Notes under the pieces: model-generated | Database searches by the model: none | What the model saw: only the letters and a program-made list of their open reading frames with translations | What the model was told of the DNA's origin: nothing | Program-made: the position numbers and the translations under genes | NCBI RefSeq assembly: GCF_014698145.1 | Contig: NZ_JACJSM010000001.1 | Span: forward strand, 152,633 to 216,632 | DNA length: 64,000 nt | Direction of reading: 5' to 3' | From: Oscillatoria sp. FACHB-1406 | GTDB taxonomy: Bacteria > Cyanobacteriota > Cyanobacteriia > Cyanobacteriales > Spirulinaceae | Part shown: positions 9,101-17,824 of the stretch, one piece after another | Position numbering within the stretch: position 1 is the stretch's first letter | Layout of the letters: each line of letters begins with the position of its first letter

Positions 9101-10069
9101 GACAGAGAGCCTCTCATACGTCTATACGCGATACAAGCGCTATGCAATCAAAGTTTAGAAGCCGGAATGCTGGGCGCGATCGAAGGTATCAACGATCCAG
9201 ATATATGCGTGCGTTTGTATGCAATGAAAGCCTTAGAAGAACTGGGTTCGGAAGTGGCAATACCGGGTTTTCTCCAGACTCTCGGACACGAAGATTCCTT
9301 AGTGCGTCAGAGGGCGGCAGAGGTTTTAGGAAAACTGGGTTCGGAAGTGGCAATACCGGGTTTGCTCTCTGCTCTCGAAGATGAAGACTTCTGGGTGCGC
9401 AAAAGTGCAGTAGAAGCGTTAGGAGAACTGGGTTCAGAAGCCGCGATACCGGGTTTGCTCAATGCTCTCAAAGATAAATACTCCGATGTGCGTGAAAGTG
9501 CGGTAAAAGCGTTAGGAAAACTGAGTTCGGAAGCCGCGATACCGGGTTTGCTTTCTGCTCTCGAAGATGAAGACTCCCGGGTGCGTGAAAGTGCGGTAAA
9601 AGCGTTAGGAAAACTGGGTTCAGAAGCCGCGATACCGGGTTTACTCTGTGCTCTCGAAAATGAAGACTCCCGGGTGCGTGAAAGTGCGGTAAAAGCATTA
9701 GGAAAACTGGGTTCAGAAGCCGCGATACCGGGTTTGCTCAATGCTCTCGAAGATGAATCCTCCCGGGTGCGTAATAGTGCGGTAGAAGCGTTCGGAAACC
9801 TCAAAAACGATCGCGCCGCCCACATTCTCCCCCACCTCCTCACCCTCATCCCCACCGAATCCGGCGAATCCGCATTCCGCGCCCTCACTGCCATTCAAGC
9901 CAACTGCAAATTCTACAACTACGACCTCTTCAAATCTCCTCCCCTCCCCACAGTACCCGCAACGCCTCCTGCTGTCGTTCGCTATGAGTTCCACAACACC
10001 GAAGTCGTCACCATCGTCGAAAAAAATAACGGCGAAGTCATCGGCAAACAAATCTCCGAGGCAGAATAA
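6122..10069 (+). CDS. NACHT-family STAND NTPase with a C-terminal array of about 25 PBS-lyase-type HEAT repeats
   Basis: Walker A LLLVGRPGSGKSTALARLL, Walker B LLLMDGINEL and a NACHT-like region. These are followed by 31-aa repeats of the form ESAVKALGKLGSEAAIPGLLxALEDEDxxVR, encoded with a 93-nt period. Confidence 0.85.
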   Translation: MTDAPCEAARSPDFQPYLQAIRQRYERWWEVYSVTDVRGRENCPPSAPPYGKNSSSPFDFGLTVQVVTPEEKRPQQPLPVLERLRKYVFDEKTRHLLLVGRPGSGKSTALARLLLEESNATSGVIPVLVELRYWQTSIEALILDFFGQHGLKLNETQLETLLVEKRFLLLMDGINELSSETARSQLNTFRQTYRQLPIIFTTRDLSLGGDFGIEKKLEMQRLTEPQIQAFVRAYLSEPGEELLRQSQGKLRQFGETPLLLWMLCEVFQQSPQAQLPRNLGGIFQVFARSYENSSVRKHEVAPLKGDTKPLSERKLWAKALEHLAGLMVRGKNSVELEVTIERQVAERELEGLFQGEPFPPKTARDCLDDLLKYHLLQMKVEDKIEFLHQLIQEYYAAEALLARLPELSDAELKRDYLNYLKWTEPVALMLGLVGDETQALRVVRLALEVDWRLGARLAGEVKRDFQEQTVGIVTALDVPQGLKWELWVETRSDVAVSELVNAGEDESSWVRQRAAEVLGKLGSEAAIPGLLSAVRGSVVEALGKLGSEAAIPRLLSALEDEDSWVRKSAVEALGKLGLEAAIPGLLSALEDEDSWVRESAVKALGKLGSEAAIPGLLWTLEDEDYRVRESAVKALGKLGSEAAIPGLLWALEYEDSDGRESTVETLGKLGSEAAIPGLLWTLEDEDYRVRESAVKALGKLGSEAAIPGLLWALENESSLVRESAVKALGKLGSEAAIPGLLFALEDESSRVRESAVEAIGKLGSEEVIPGLLSALKDEDDLVSMRAVEAIGELHSDAAIPGLLCALEDESYCVYKRAVEALGKLGSEAAITVLFQVLENQDPARCLHAAEALWHFSLNATILGLIESLKNPHFFVRWSAVQALEKIGLETAIIGTIEGLKDRSFLIRWYSLEILWQISLNIEIFDLLHFFENYESSEWEYLKELYKDQCKEKLIMGFLKDLDRPEYFLRWSAVKALGKLPSKTGIPGLVKSLKDREPLIRLYAIQALCNQSLEAGMLGAIEGINDPDICVRLYAMKALEELGSEVAIPGFLQTLGHEDSLVRQRAAEVLGKLGSEVAIPGLLSALEDEDFWVRKSAVEALGELGSEAAIPGLLNALKDKYSDVRESAVKALGKLSSEAAIPGLLSALEDEDSRVRESAVKALGKLGSEAAIPGLLCALENEDSRVRESAVKALGKLGSEAAIPGLLNALEDESSRVRNSAVEAFGNLKNDRAAHILPHLLTLIPTESGESAFRALTAIQANCKFYNYDLFKSPPLPTVPATPPAVVRYEFHNTEVVTIVEKNNGEVIGKQISEAE

Positions 10070-10097
10070 AGAGAAATACAGTTGAAGTTTAAAGCAA

Positions 10098-10470
10098 ATG
10101 GCAAAAACCCTAACCCTGAAACTTCCAGACGAACTTGAAAATTAATTAAACTTGCGCGCTGACTCCCTTAACCTCTCTCTAGAAGCATTCATTCTGCAAA
10201 CCTTAAGTCAATCGCTTCCTTCAACCCAACCCGTCGCCCTATGGCCGGAGATTATTTTAAGCTTTAAAGGTATCCCCGACTTCCTCCCTTTCGAGTCCTA
10301 CCGCGACGAACTCCTTCCCCCTCGCGAACCGGAGGTTTTTTAGTGCGTTACTTGCTCGATACCTGCGTTATCAGCGACTTCATCAAACAAGAACCCGGTA
10401 CGCAAACCCGCCTTCAACAAACTCCACCCACCGACATCGCTGTTTCCAGCATTACCGTCATGGAACTGCG
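10098..10470 (+). pseudogene. degraded VapBC-like toxin-antitoxin pair: a frameshifted RHH antitoxin plus a truncated PIN toxin
   Basis: MAKTLTLKLPDELEN* (15 aa) is followed in another frame by ...LNLSLEAFILQTLSQ..., an antitoxin-like continuation. Then a GTG ORF gives VRYLLDTCVISDFIKQ...VMELR*, a PIN N-terminus truncated after about 43 aa. Confidence 0.5.
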
Positions 10471-10495
10471 TTAGTAAAAACAAATAAAAACCTTC

Positions 10496-10987
10496 TCATT
10501 CCCCCATCTGAATGAGTCGATCGAGATTGTCACTGCTAATGCGATAAGCCGCACCAAAACCGACGACAAAACGCCCGGATTGCGGGACGAGTTTAAAGAT
10601 GCGAAAGTCGGGCAAACTACGAAACATTTCAATGATATCGCCGAAGCGAGATTGAAACAGAGTGACAATCGCTTCCCATTCAGAAGTATCGCGAGGGAGC
10701 AGCGTCGCCGTACAATTATAACTGAGGCGGCGACGCGCAAAAATTTGTCTGGCTTTACTTTCGTCTTCGATTAATAAGAGGCTGGCGCGGGGATTGTTTT
10801 CGAGGTTTTGAGTATGGGTAGAAAGTCCGCTGACGTAGATATAAAAATTTCGAGCTTCATCGCTGACAAAAGGGGCGTAACTCGTGTCTGGGACTCCCTC
10901 TAGATCGACAGTTCCGAGAATTAAGCTTTCAACTTCTCTGGCGAATTGTTGATATTCGGCTTGAGTTTCTTCTAATTTATTTGTCAT
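10496..10987 (-). CDS. pyridoxamine 5'-phosphate oxidase-like FMN-binding split-barrel family protein
   Basis: 163 aa; family-level resemblance only (FYIYVSGLSTHTQNL...RASLLL). Confidence 0.5.
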   Translation of the reverse strand: MTNKLEETQAEYQQFAREVESLILGTVDLEGVPDTSYAPFVSDEARNFYIYVSGLSTHTQNLENNPRASLLLIEDESKARQIFARRRLSYNCTATLLPRDTSEWEAIVTLFQSRFGDIIEMFRSLPDFRIFKLVPQSGRFVVGFGAAYRISSDNLDRLIQMGE

Positions 10988-11017
10988 CGTAATTCGTAAT
11001 TCGTAATTCGTAATTCG
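10988..11017. repeat. STRR-like heptanucleotide tandem repeat (TAATTCG/CGTAATT), about 4 copies
   Basis: cgtaattcgtaattcgtaattcgtaattcg lies directly after the start codon end of the 10496-10987 gene. The same heptamer forms a longer array at 51773-51847. Confidence 0.8.
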
Positions 11018-11062
11018 TAATTCGCGATCGTTGAGCTTGCCGAAATGCCGAAATATAATTCA

Positions 11063-11938
11063 TTATTCATCATTCAATCGGTCTAAATGCAATATCATAC
11101 CCTCTTTCGCTAAAACGCTTCCGGGCAGGGCGGCTTCGACTTCGATCGCGACATTATCGAGGAAATCATCGCTATGATTGGGATCGTGGTGAAAAACAAC
11201 CAGCCGTTTAACTCCCGCCGCTTGACACACCCTTACGCCTTCTTGCCAGGTCGAATGTCCCCAGCCCACTTTCGGCGTTTTTGGGTTGTGATACTCCTCA
11301 TCGGTGTACATGGCATCGTAAATCAAAATATCGGCATCGCGCGCCAAATGCAGGACATTTTCATCGAGGCGATCGGGAAATTGTTCGGTGTCGGTACAAT
11401 AAACGGCAGTATGCCCGCCCCAGCTAATCCGATAGCCCATTGCACCGTTAGGATGGTTGAGGGGCGCGGTTTCAATAGCGATATCATCGAGGGTAAAAAG
11501 TTCGCCGCAAACGAGGTCGTGGAACTTCATTTGCGCCCGAATTTGGGCGATGGGGATAGGAGAGTTGAGGTGAAGGACGCGATCGCGAAAATGTCGAGCC
11601 ATCTTCATCGGTTCGCCTTCATCGGGAACCTGTCCGTGAATGATAAAACGGCTTTCTTCATCAAAGCTTGGGAAGAAAAAAGGCAAACCTTGAATATGAT
11701 CCCAATGATAATGGGTAAAAAACATATAGATTTCTTCTTCTAGCGAAGGGGACAAGCTTTTTCCGAGCAAGCGCAGCCCCGTACCGCCATCAAAAATCAA
11801 CCGTTTGCCCCCAATCCGCATTTCAATGCAGGAGGTATTGCCGCCGTAGCGCAGGGTCGTCGGACCGGGAGAGGGGATGCTACCCCGTACCCCCCAAAAT
11901 TGGATGGCGAAGCGATCGCCCGAAATATCTTTTTTCAT
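11063..11938 (-). CDS. MBL-fold metallo-hydrolase
   Basis: HYHWDH metal-binding motif and overall beta-lactamase fold pattern. Confidence 0.7.
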   Translation of the reverse strand: MKKDISGDRFAIQFWGVRGSIPSPGPTTLRYGGNTSCIEMRIGGKRLIFDGGTGLRLLGKSLSPSLEEEIYMFFTHYHWDHIQGLPFFFPSFDEESRFIIHGQVPDEGEPMKMARHFRDRVLHLNSPIPIAQIRAQMKFHDLVCGELFTLDDIAIETAPLNHPNGAMGYRISWGGHTAVYCTDTEQFPDRLDENVLHLARDADILIYDAMYTDEEYHNPKTPKVGWGHSTWQEGVRVCQAAGVKRLVVFHHDPNHSDDFLDNVAIEVEAALPGSVLAKEGMILHLDRLNDE

Positions 11939-11944
11939 ATACTC

Positions 11945-13039
11945 TTAAGGCTTTAATACATGACATTGACCGCGATCGCGCAGGAGATGATCGCATAATA
12001 CTAAAGCCACCATTGCTTCTACCATCGGCACAGCCCGAGGCAAAACGCAGGGATCGTGCCGTCCTTTCGCTGCTAAGGTGGTGGCTTCGCCGTCGCTAGT
12101 GACGGTACGCTGTTCTTGACCGATGGTGGCAGTGGGTTTAAAAGCGGCCCGCAGAACGATGTTTTCGCCGTTGGAAATTCCGCCTTGGATTCCCCCGGAA
12201 CGATTAGTCGCGGTGCGAATGTTTCCAGCTTCGTCAGCGTAGTATTCGTCATTGTGTTCCCGTCCGGTCATCGCAGTTCCCGCAAAGCCAGATCCGATCT
12301 CAAAGCCTTTGGTTGCAGGCAATGACATTATTCCTTTAGCAAGATCGGCTTCGAGTTTATCGAACACGGGTTCTCCTAGCCCTTTGGGGACGTGCCGCGC
12401 GACACATTCAACCACGCCGCCCAAGGAGTTTTTGTCCCGACGGGCGAGGTCGATTATTTCTATCATTCGCTCGGCGGCTTCGGGATCGGGACAACGCACG
12501 ATATTACTTTCGACAGCGGCGAGGGTGACAGTATCGACATCAACGACGGCTTCGAGGTCTTTAATACGTTTGACATAAGCGACGATTTCTACTCCGGCGA
12601 CTTGCTGGAGGATTTTTTTAGCGATCGCGCCAGCCGCTACGCGCCCGATGGTTTCTCGCGCCGAAGAACGCCCGCCGCCTTGCCAGTTCCGCAGTCCGTA
12701 TTTAGCATCATAAGTAGCATCGGCGTGGGAAGGACGATATTTCTGCGCCATCTCGCTGTAGTCTTGGGGGCGCGTATCTTTGTTGCGAACTAAAATCGCG
12801 ATCGGCGTTCCCAAAGTTTTGCCTTCAAATACGCCCGAAAGGATTTCGCAGCGATCGGCTTCTTGGCGTGGGGTTGTAATCTTACTCTGTCCCGGACGGC
12901 GGCGATCGAGTTCTAATTGGATTTCGGCCTCGCTAATTTCTAGTCCCGGCGGACAGCCATCCATAACGACACCCACTCCACCGCCGTGAGATTCTCCAAA
13001 GGTTGTGACGCGAAATAAATGCCCGAATATATTACCCAT
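11945..13039 (-). CDS. aroC: chorismate synthase
   Basis: N-terminus [33 protein letters not shown]; length 364 aa. Confidence 0.9.
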   Translation of the reverse strand: MGNIFGHLFRVTTFGESHGGGVGVVMDGCPPGLEISEAEIQLELDRRRPGQSKITTPRQEADRCEILSGVFEGKTLGTPIAILVRNKDTRPQDYSEMAQKYRPSHADATYDAKYGLRNWQGGGRSSARETIGRVAAGAIAKKILQQVAGVEIVAYVKRIKDLEAVVDVDTVTLAAVESNIVRCPDPEAAERMIEIIDLARRDKNSLGGVVECVARHVPKGLGEPVFDKLEADLAKGIMSLPATKGFEIGSGFAGTAMTGREHNDEYYADEAGNIRTATNRSGGIQGGISNGENIVLRAAFKPTATIGQEQRTVTSDGEATTLAAKGRHDPCVLPRAVPMVEAMVALVLCDHLLRDRGQCHVLKP

Positions 13040-13152
13040 TATCCCCCGATTGAGCGGCTCGACGGTCTCAATTTTAACGCGAGAGCGAGGGCGATTGACT
13101 GAAAAGCCGTGAAAGGGTCGATCTTAACCCTAAAAATACTGAAACTTTCTGC

Positions 13153-13683
13153 TTACCTCGAATGAAATTCTATGTAATTCTCCCGGATAATCACATCGCG
13201 ATTTCCGTAAAAATCCTGACCGAGCAAACCGATATTCAACGCAGGGGAAATGGCAACTAGCAAGTCTGTGGCGGCAACGCTTCCCGCGCGGACAGAGGCA
13301 ACGAGGGCGAGGGGAAACTCAACCCCCGTATCGCTGGCCGTATCGGCGACTGCAACACCGACAGGGGTTAAGCCGAGTTGCTTAGCCATTGCGGGCGTAA
13401 TCACAGTGTGACTCGCGCCGGTATCGACGAGCATTTCGTAAGTCTGCGTGCCGTTGAAGCGAACTTTAATAACCGGCGTTCCGCGATCGCGCCGCTCGAT
13501 GGGAATGCGGAAAGTTTCCGTCATCTTGCTATTCGGGTTTTCGCCGCACAAACGACCGAGACTCATGACTCGACCGTTAGAGTCAGTCATAAAGCAGCCT
13601 TCTTCGCGTTGCGCTTTGACGGGGGAAGTAGCCAGCCCTGCGATCGCGAAAGCTATAACGAATTCTTTGATAGACGCGCGCAT
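13153..13683 (-). CDS. retropepsin-like (clan AA) aspartic protease, secreted
   Basis: Signal peptide, then MLVDTGASHTVITPAMAKQLGL, matching the DTG active site of bacterial retropepsin-like proteases. Confidence 0.6.
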   Translation of the reverse strand: MRASIKEFVIAFAIAGLATSPVKAQREEGCFMTDSNGRVMSLGRLCGENPNSKMTETFRIPIERRDRGTPVIKVRFNGTQTYEMLVDTGASHTVITPAMAKQLGLTPVGVAVADTASDTGVEFPLALVASVRAGSVAATDLLVAISPALNIGLLGQDFYGNRDVIIRENYIEFHSR

Positions 13684-13897
13684 AAATTAACAAAACTTGT
13701 TGAATCAGAACAAACCGTTAGAAAAATAAAGAAAAGATTATGACTTTAGCAAAAGTCCTCGATCCCTGGCATGATTGTATCCAGTTCAAATGAGGTCAGC
13801 CCAATAAAGACCTTAAAGATAAGTTAAATAACGATAATATATCTCGAGGTGTCAGACTTCTCAATTAGGGAAGGCTGACACTAATTTTATTGGCGGG

Positions 13898-15370
13898 TTA
13901 AAAATTCTCAGCGATCGCGCGATTGCGCCCCAACTTCTTCGCTTCGTACAGCGTCAGATCCGCAACCCCAATCAAGGCTTCCGGCGAAAACTCCGGACTG
14001 GGAACCGTCGTTACCACCCCCAAGCTCAAGGTCACGTAATCGCTGGTGGTCGAATTAAAATGATCGATCTCCAGACCTTCAACAGCCAAACGAATCGCTT
14101 CAGCAATTTGAGCGGCTAGCGGTGCGGCAGTGTCTGGCAAGACAATTGCAAACTCCTCGCCGCCGTAGCGCGCGACCAAATCTGTCTGTCGTTTGAGCGT
14201 ACTGCGAATTGTTTGCGCTACCTTCTGCAAACAAGCATCCCCGGCTTGATGGCCGTATGTATCGTTATAGAGTTTAAAATGATCGACATCGCACAGAATC
14301 AACGAGATCGGTAGCTGTTTTTCTTTTAGGCGCACCCACTCTTGCAACAAATACTCGTCAAAACTGCGGCGGTTGCTGACCTGCGTCAAACCGTCGAGAC
14401 TGGCGAGGCGTTTGAGTTCTTGGTTAGCTTTATGTAGCGCGGCTTCGGCTTGTACTCGTTCGGTAATATCGTTGGAGAGCGACAGTAAACACTTTTCGCC
14501 GTCAATCTCAATAATTTCAGCCGAAAGTAAGGCCGTTCTCAAGGCCCCAGAACGGTTGCGAGACTCAAACTCGAAGTTGCGAGCCGCACCATACATGGTT
14601 AACTGCTTGAATAAGCGCGTGCGATCTTCTCGATCGGCCCAAATGTCAAGTTCGACGGCTGTCCGCCCGATAATTTCTTCTTGAGCGTATCCCATGCTCT
14701 GGCAAAAGGCCTCGTTAACTTCTAAATGACAGCCATCAACCAAGCGCGTAATCGTCATCGGCTGAGGCGAAGCTTGAAATGCCTTAGAGAATTTTTCCTC
14801 AGATAAGCGCAGGGCTTCTTCAGCACGCTGGCGTTCTCGAATTTCTTCTACCAGCAACATATTTTGAGCGGTGAGAAGTTTGAGGGCATTGCGAATGCTA
14901 AGTTGATTTTGGACGCGAACCAGAACTTCTTCGATTTGTAGGGGTTTGGCAATGTAGTCTACTCCTCCGACGCTAAAGGCTTTAACTTTATCGGAGACGA
15001 GATCGAGAGCGCTCGTAAAAATGACCGGGATTTCTCGAGTGCGGGGGTTAGTTTTCAGTTGCGTGCAAATTTCGTAGCCGTTGAGATCGGACATTTCGAC
15101 ATCGAGCAAGATTAAGGCAGGTACGTCGATCTGGGCTTGGGTGAGGGCAATCAGACCCGTATTAGCACAGCGCACTTTGTACCCCCATTCTGTCAATCGA
15201 GTCAAAATAGATTCAATCCCGTCGGGGTTGCGATCGACAATCAGGATCGTTTCTTTAGAGGGATTAACAAGAGAGATATTCATAGGGAGCGCTCTGGGAA
15301 AGATCGGCAAGCAAGAATCAGGTATTGGGCTTAAGCTGAACTGCGACCCGCTAAGATTCTCATGTTGCAT
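13898..15370 (-). CDS. response regulator receiver-PAS-GGDEF diguanylate cyclase
   Basis: REC (ILIVDRNPDG...LILLDVEMSDLNG), a PAS region and GGDEF (RYGGEEFAIVLPD). The true start may be the internal Met at 15283 (MNISLVNP). Confidence 0.85.
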   Translation of the reverse strand: MQHENLSGSQFSLSPIPDSCLPIFPRALPMNISLVNPSKETILIVDRNPDGIESILTRLTEWGYKVRCANTGLIALTQAQIDVPALILLDVEMSDLNGYEICTQLKTNPRTREIPVIFTSALDLVSDKVKAFSVGGVDYIAKPLQIEEVLVRVQNQLSIRNALKLLTAQNMLLVEEIRERQRAEEALRLSEEKFSKAFQASPQPMTITRLVDGCHLEVNEAFCQSMGYAQEEIIGRTAVELDIWADREDRTRLFKQLTMYGAARNFEFESRNRSGALRTALLSAEIIEIDGEKCLLSLSNDITERVQAEAALHKANQELKRLASLDGLTQVSNRRSFDEYLLQEWVRLKEKQLPISLILCDVDHFKLYNDTYGHQAGDACLQKVAQTIRSTLKRQTDLVARYGGEEFAIVLPDTAAPLAAQIAEAIRLAVEGLEIDHFNSTTSDYVTLSLGVVTTVPSPEFSPEALIGVADLTLYEAKKLGRNRAIAENF

Positions 15371-15419
15371 AGGCTTCTGTTGGCGGTACTAAGTTTGAGC
15401 GGGCTAGCAGCAAGCGGCA

Positions 15420-16859
15420 TTACTCAAACTCGATCGCTTCTCCTCCAACCACGACCTCGCGAATCCGCAAACTCGGAGCGCCGCAGCCGACAGGCAAACC
15501 GCTTTGTCCGCCCTTACCGCATCCTCCCGATTCATCCCATTGAAAATCGTTGCCGATCGCTTCGATATTCGCTAAGGTTTTAAAAACATTGCCGGAGAGG
15601 GTTACATCTCTCACGGGTTCGGCAAGTTGCCCGTTGCGAATCATCCGGGCTTCTCCGGCGCTGAAGGTAAACATTTCGCCGTTCGTCATGCCCCCCAACC
15701 AGTTGCTCGCGTATACGCCTTCTTCGATACCCTCTAAGAGGCGAGCGACGGGAGTGTTTCCCCGACCAATCCAGGTGTTGGTCATGCGGACGATGGGGGG
15801 GTAGTGGTAGTTAAGACAGCGCGCGTTACCTGTGGGTTCTTCGCCAAGTTTGCCAGCAGTTTCGCGGGAGTGCAAGCGCCCGACAAGAACGCCATCGCGA
15901 ATCAGTTGAGTCGTGGTAGCGGGCGTACCTTCGTCATCGTAGCGGTAACTGCCGCGATGACACTCACCGGCAGTGGTTTCGCTAATGGGTGCGGCTCCGT
16001 CGAAGATTTGTAAGTCTGGGGTTCCGAATTGTTTGCCGAGGCTCATCACTTCAAGGAGATCGGGGTTTTCGTAGGTCATATCGGCTTCGGAGAGGTGTCC
16101 GAAGGCTTCGTGGACGAATAGCCCGCTGAGGATTGGATCGATGACGACAGTGTAGGTGTTGCCTTTAACCGGGGGGAGGGAAAGGGCTTCGATCGCGCGA
16201 TCGGCGGCGCTTTGGACGCGGGTATTGAGATGGGCGAGATCTTCGTAAGCTTTGCGGGAGCCGGTGGTTTCGCGTCCGGTTTGGACGATTTCGCCCCGGC
16301 GCGCGGTGGCAGCAAAGCGCATTTCCATATCCGCCCAGGATTGTTCGATCGCGGTGCCTTCGGAGGTGACGAGCAGGATCGATTGGTTGCTATCGTGATA
16401 GCGCACGGAGGTGCTAGCGATCTCCGCATTACTGCGGAGAATTTCGTTGTAACGATCGCACAGTTGCTTTTTTTCGCTCAGGGGAATATGGCGGGGATCG
16501 CTGCCAACGAGGGGGAGCGTATAGCTATCTTGGATGGGAGCAATGGGGGCGAGTTGGGTTTCCTCCGTTCCGACTAACCGCGCCGCCGCGATCGCATCTT
16601 CAATCCGTTCGGCAAGCGAGGACAGTTGATTAAACGATGCAAAGCCCCAACCGCCCTTATAACACGCTCTTACTTGTCCCCCTCGCGAAATTGCTTCACT
16701 CAGGGTTTCTACTCGGTCTCCTCGCAACAAGATCGAGGTTCCCTCCGATTCCTCTAGACGCAGGGCTAAAAAATCAACGCGGTGGCGATAGCGGGCAATT
16801 AATTCCGTGAGTAGATTTTTGCTCTCGGCTAGTCGATGGGGCATGGTAACAGAGGACAT
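15420..16859 (-). CDS. tldD: TldD/PmbA family metalloprotease
   Basis: TldD-like sequence throughout (HEAFGHLSEAD metal-binding motif). The start was chosen at MSSVTMPHRL; the listed ORF begins 17 codons upstream. Confidence 0.8.
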   Translation of the reverse strand: MSSVTMPHRLAESKNLLTELIARYRHRVDFLALRLEESEGTSILLRGDRVETLSEAISRGGQVRACYKGGWGFASFNQLSSLAERIEDAIAAARLVGTEETQLAPIAPIQDSYTLPLVGSDPRHIPLSEKKQLCDRYNEILRSNAEIASTSVRYHDSNQSILLVTSEGTAIEQSWADMEMRFAATARRGEIVQTGRETTGSRKAYEDLAHLNTRVQSAADRAIEALSLPPVKGNTYTVVIDPILSGLFVHEAFGHLSEADMTYENPDLLEVMSLGKQFGTPDLQIFDGAAPISETTAGECHRGSYRYDDEGTPATTTQLIRDGVLVGRLHSRETAGKLGEEPTGNARCLNYHYPPIVRMTNTWIGRGNTPVARLLEGIEEGVYASNWLGGMTNGEMFTFSAGEARMIRNGQLAEPVRDVTLSGNVFKTLANIEAIGNDFQWDESGGCGKGGQSGLPVGCGAPSLRIREVVVGGEAIEFE

Positions 16860-16942
16860 TAAAACTGACTGTCTATATTTTGCTACATTCGGTTTTAATT
16901 TTGACTGCAAAGCGACTTGAGAGGAAAAAAAACTCTCCTCAG

Positions 16943-17150
16943 CTAAAATACGACCGGAAATGATTCAAACCCTTTGAACAACAGGGTTTTACGCTTCGGA
17001 ACGGGACTTTGACTCGGATGCGGCGCGAGATTCGGCACTTTGCGCATTAGCGTTTCAAAAGTAATTTTCAATTCCATCCGCGCTAAAACAGACCCCAGAC
17101 AAGAGTGTACTCCTTTAGCAAAGCTGATTTTCGTATAAAAATCCTCTTTT
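16943..17150 (-). pseudogene. cytochrome P450 C-terminal fragment (remnant)
   Basis: The minus-strand translation gives ...ISFAKGVHSCLGSVLARMELKITFETLMRKVPNL...FPVVF*. It contains the P450 heme-binding FxxGxHxCxG loop and a typical C-terminus. No N-terminal 350 aa is present. Confidence 0.45.
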
Positions 17151-17290
17151 TCAGAACCAACCCAGGCTCAGAGCCGATTTCAGATCTCGCTCGCGATCGC
17201 TAAGTTCTATTAGAAAAAAGTCCCAAATCGCAGTGCAGAAAAAGACTTGAGAGAGCGGTAAGCGCAAAAGTCTTCAGAGAATGACAGAAG

Positions 17291-17345
17291 AGATCTATCT
17301 TTCAGTCTATCTTTCACCCAGAAAGATAGACTGAAAGATAGATCT
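17291..17345. other. perfect inverted repeat (25-bp arms, 5-nt loop)
   Basis: AGATCTATCTTTCAGTCTATCTTTC-ACCCA-GAAAGATAGACTGAAAGATAGATCT. It lies 6 bp downstream of the stop of the 17351-17824 minus-strand gene. No U-tract follows it. Confidence 0.8.
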
Positions 17346-17350
17346 CCGGC

Positions 17351-17824
17351 TTAGGGCAATCCAGCGCTCGCCCAATAACGCCGCCAACGATTATCTCCTT
17401 CATAACGAATGCGCTTCTCTTCTACCAACTGACCGAGTGTTCTGTAGATCTTCATATAAGGAACTTCTGGAGCAATTCGGTGATGGATTTCCCCGCTACT
17501 CGAGCCGGGATAATGGCGCAAATCTTCTAAAACGAGAGCTTTTAAGCAATGAGGCTCGATTCTTTGCAAGGTTGTCCGCAGATGGACTCGAGCGGATCGT
17601 AGTAAGTCAGGATTGACATAGTAGCGAGTACCTTTTGTTTGTCCACTCTGTTTAATCAAGTCGAAATCTAGCAATCGACCCAACCAAGAGGTAACGGCTT
17701 GCCCCTCGAGTAAGGATAGTTGCTGCGCCAAATCGCGGGTACTGAGGCTTTCCTGTTGAGCTAACAGCCTAAGAGCGCTAAAATTTAGCCCAGAGTAATT
17801 TGGGTTAAGAAGCGATCGCGCCAA
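17351..17824 (-). CDS. tandem winged-helix DNA-binding protein (resembles the C-terminal region of COG2865/RecG-like regulators)
   Basis: Two wHTH-like segments (...[11 protein letters not shown]...KGTRYYV... and ...[33 protein letters not shown]...). Overlaps the mnmA 3' end by 20 nt. May be a domain fragment. Confidence 0.4.
   Translation of the reverse strand: MARSLLNPNYSGLNFSALRLLAQQESLSTRDLAQQLSLLEGQAVTSWLGRLLDFDLIKQSGQTKGTRYYVNPDLLRSARVHLRTTLQRIEPHCLKALVLEDLRHYPGSSSGEIHHRIAPEVPYMKIYRTLGQLVEEKRIRYEGDNRWRRYWASAGLP

Noticed and set aside
7620-9894. Minus-strand ORFs (196, 128, 195, 76 aa) inside the NACHT-HEAT gene
   Set aside because: Antisense frames kept open by the 93-nt repeat periodicity. 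Their repetitive, low-complexity peptides mirror the sense repeats.
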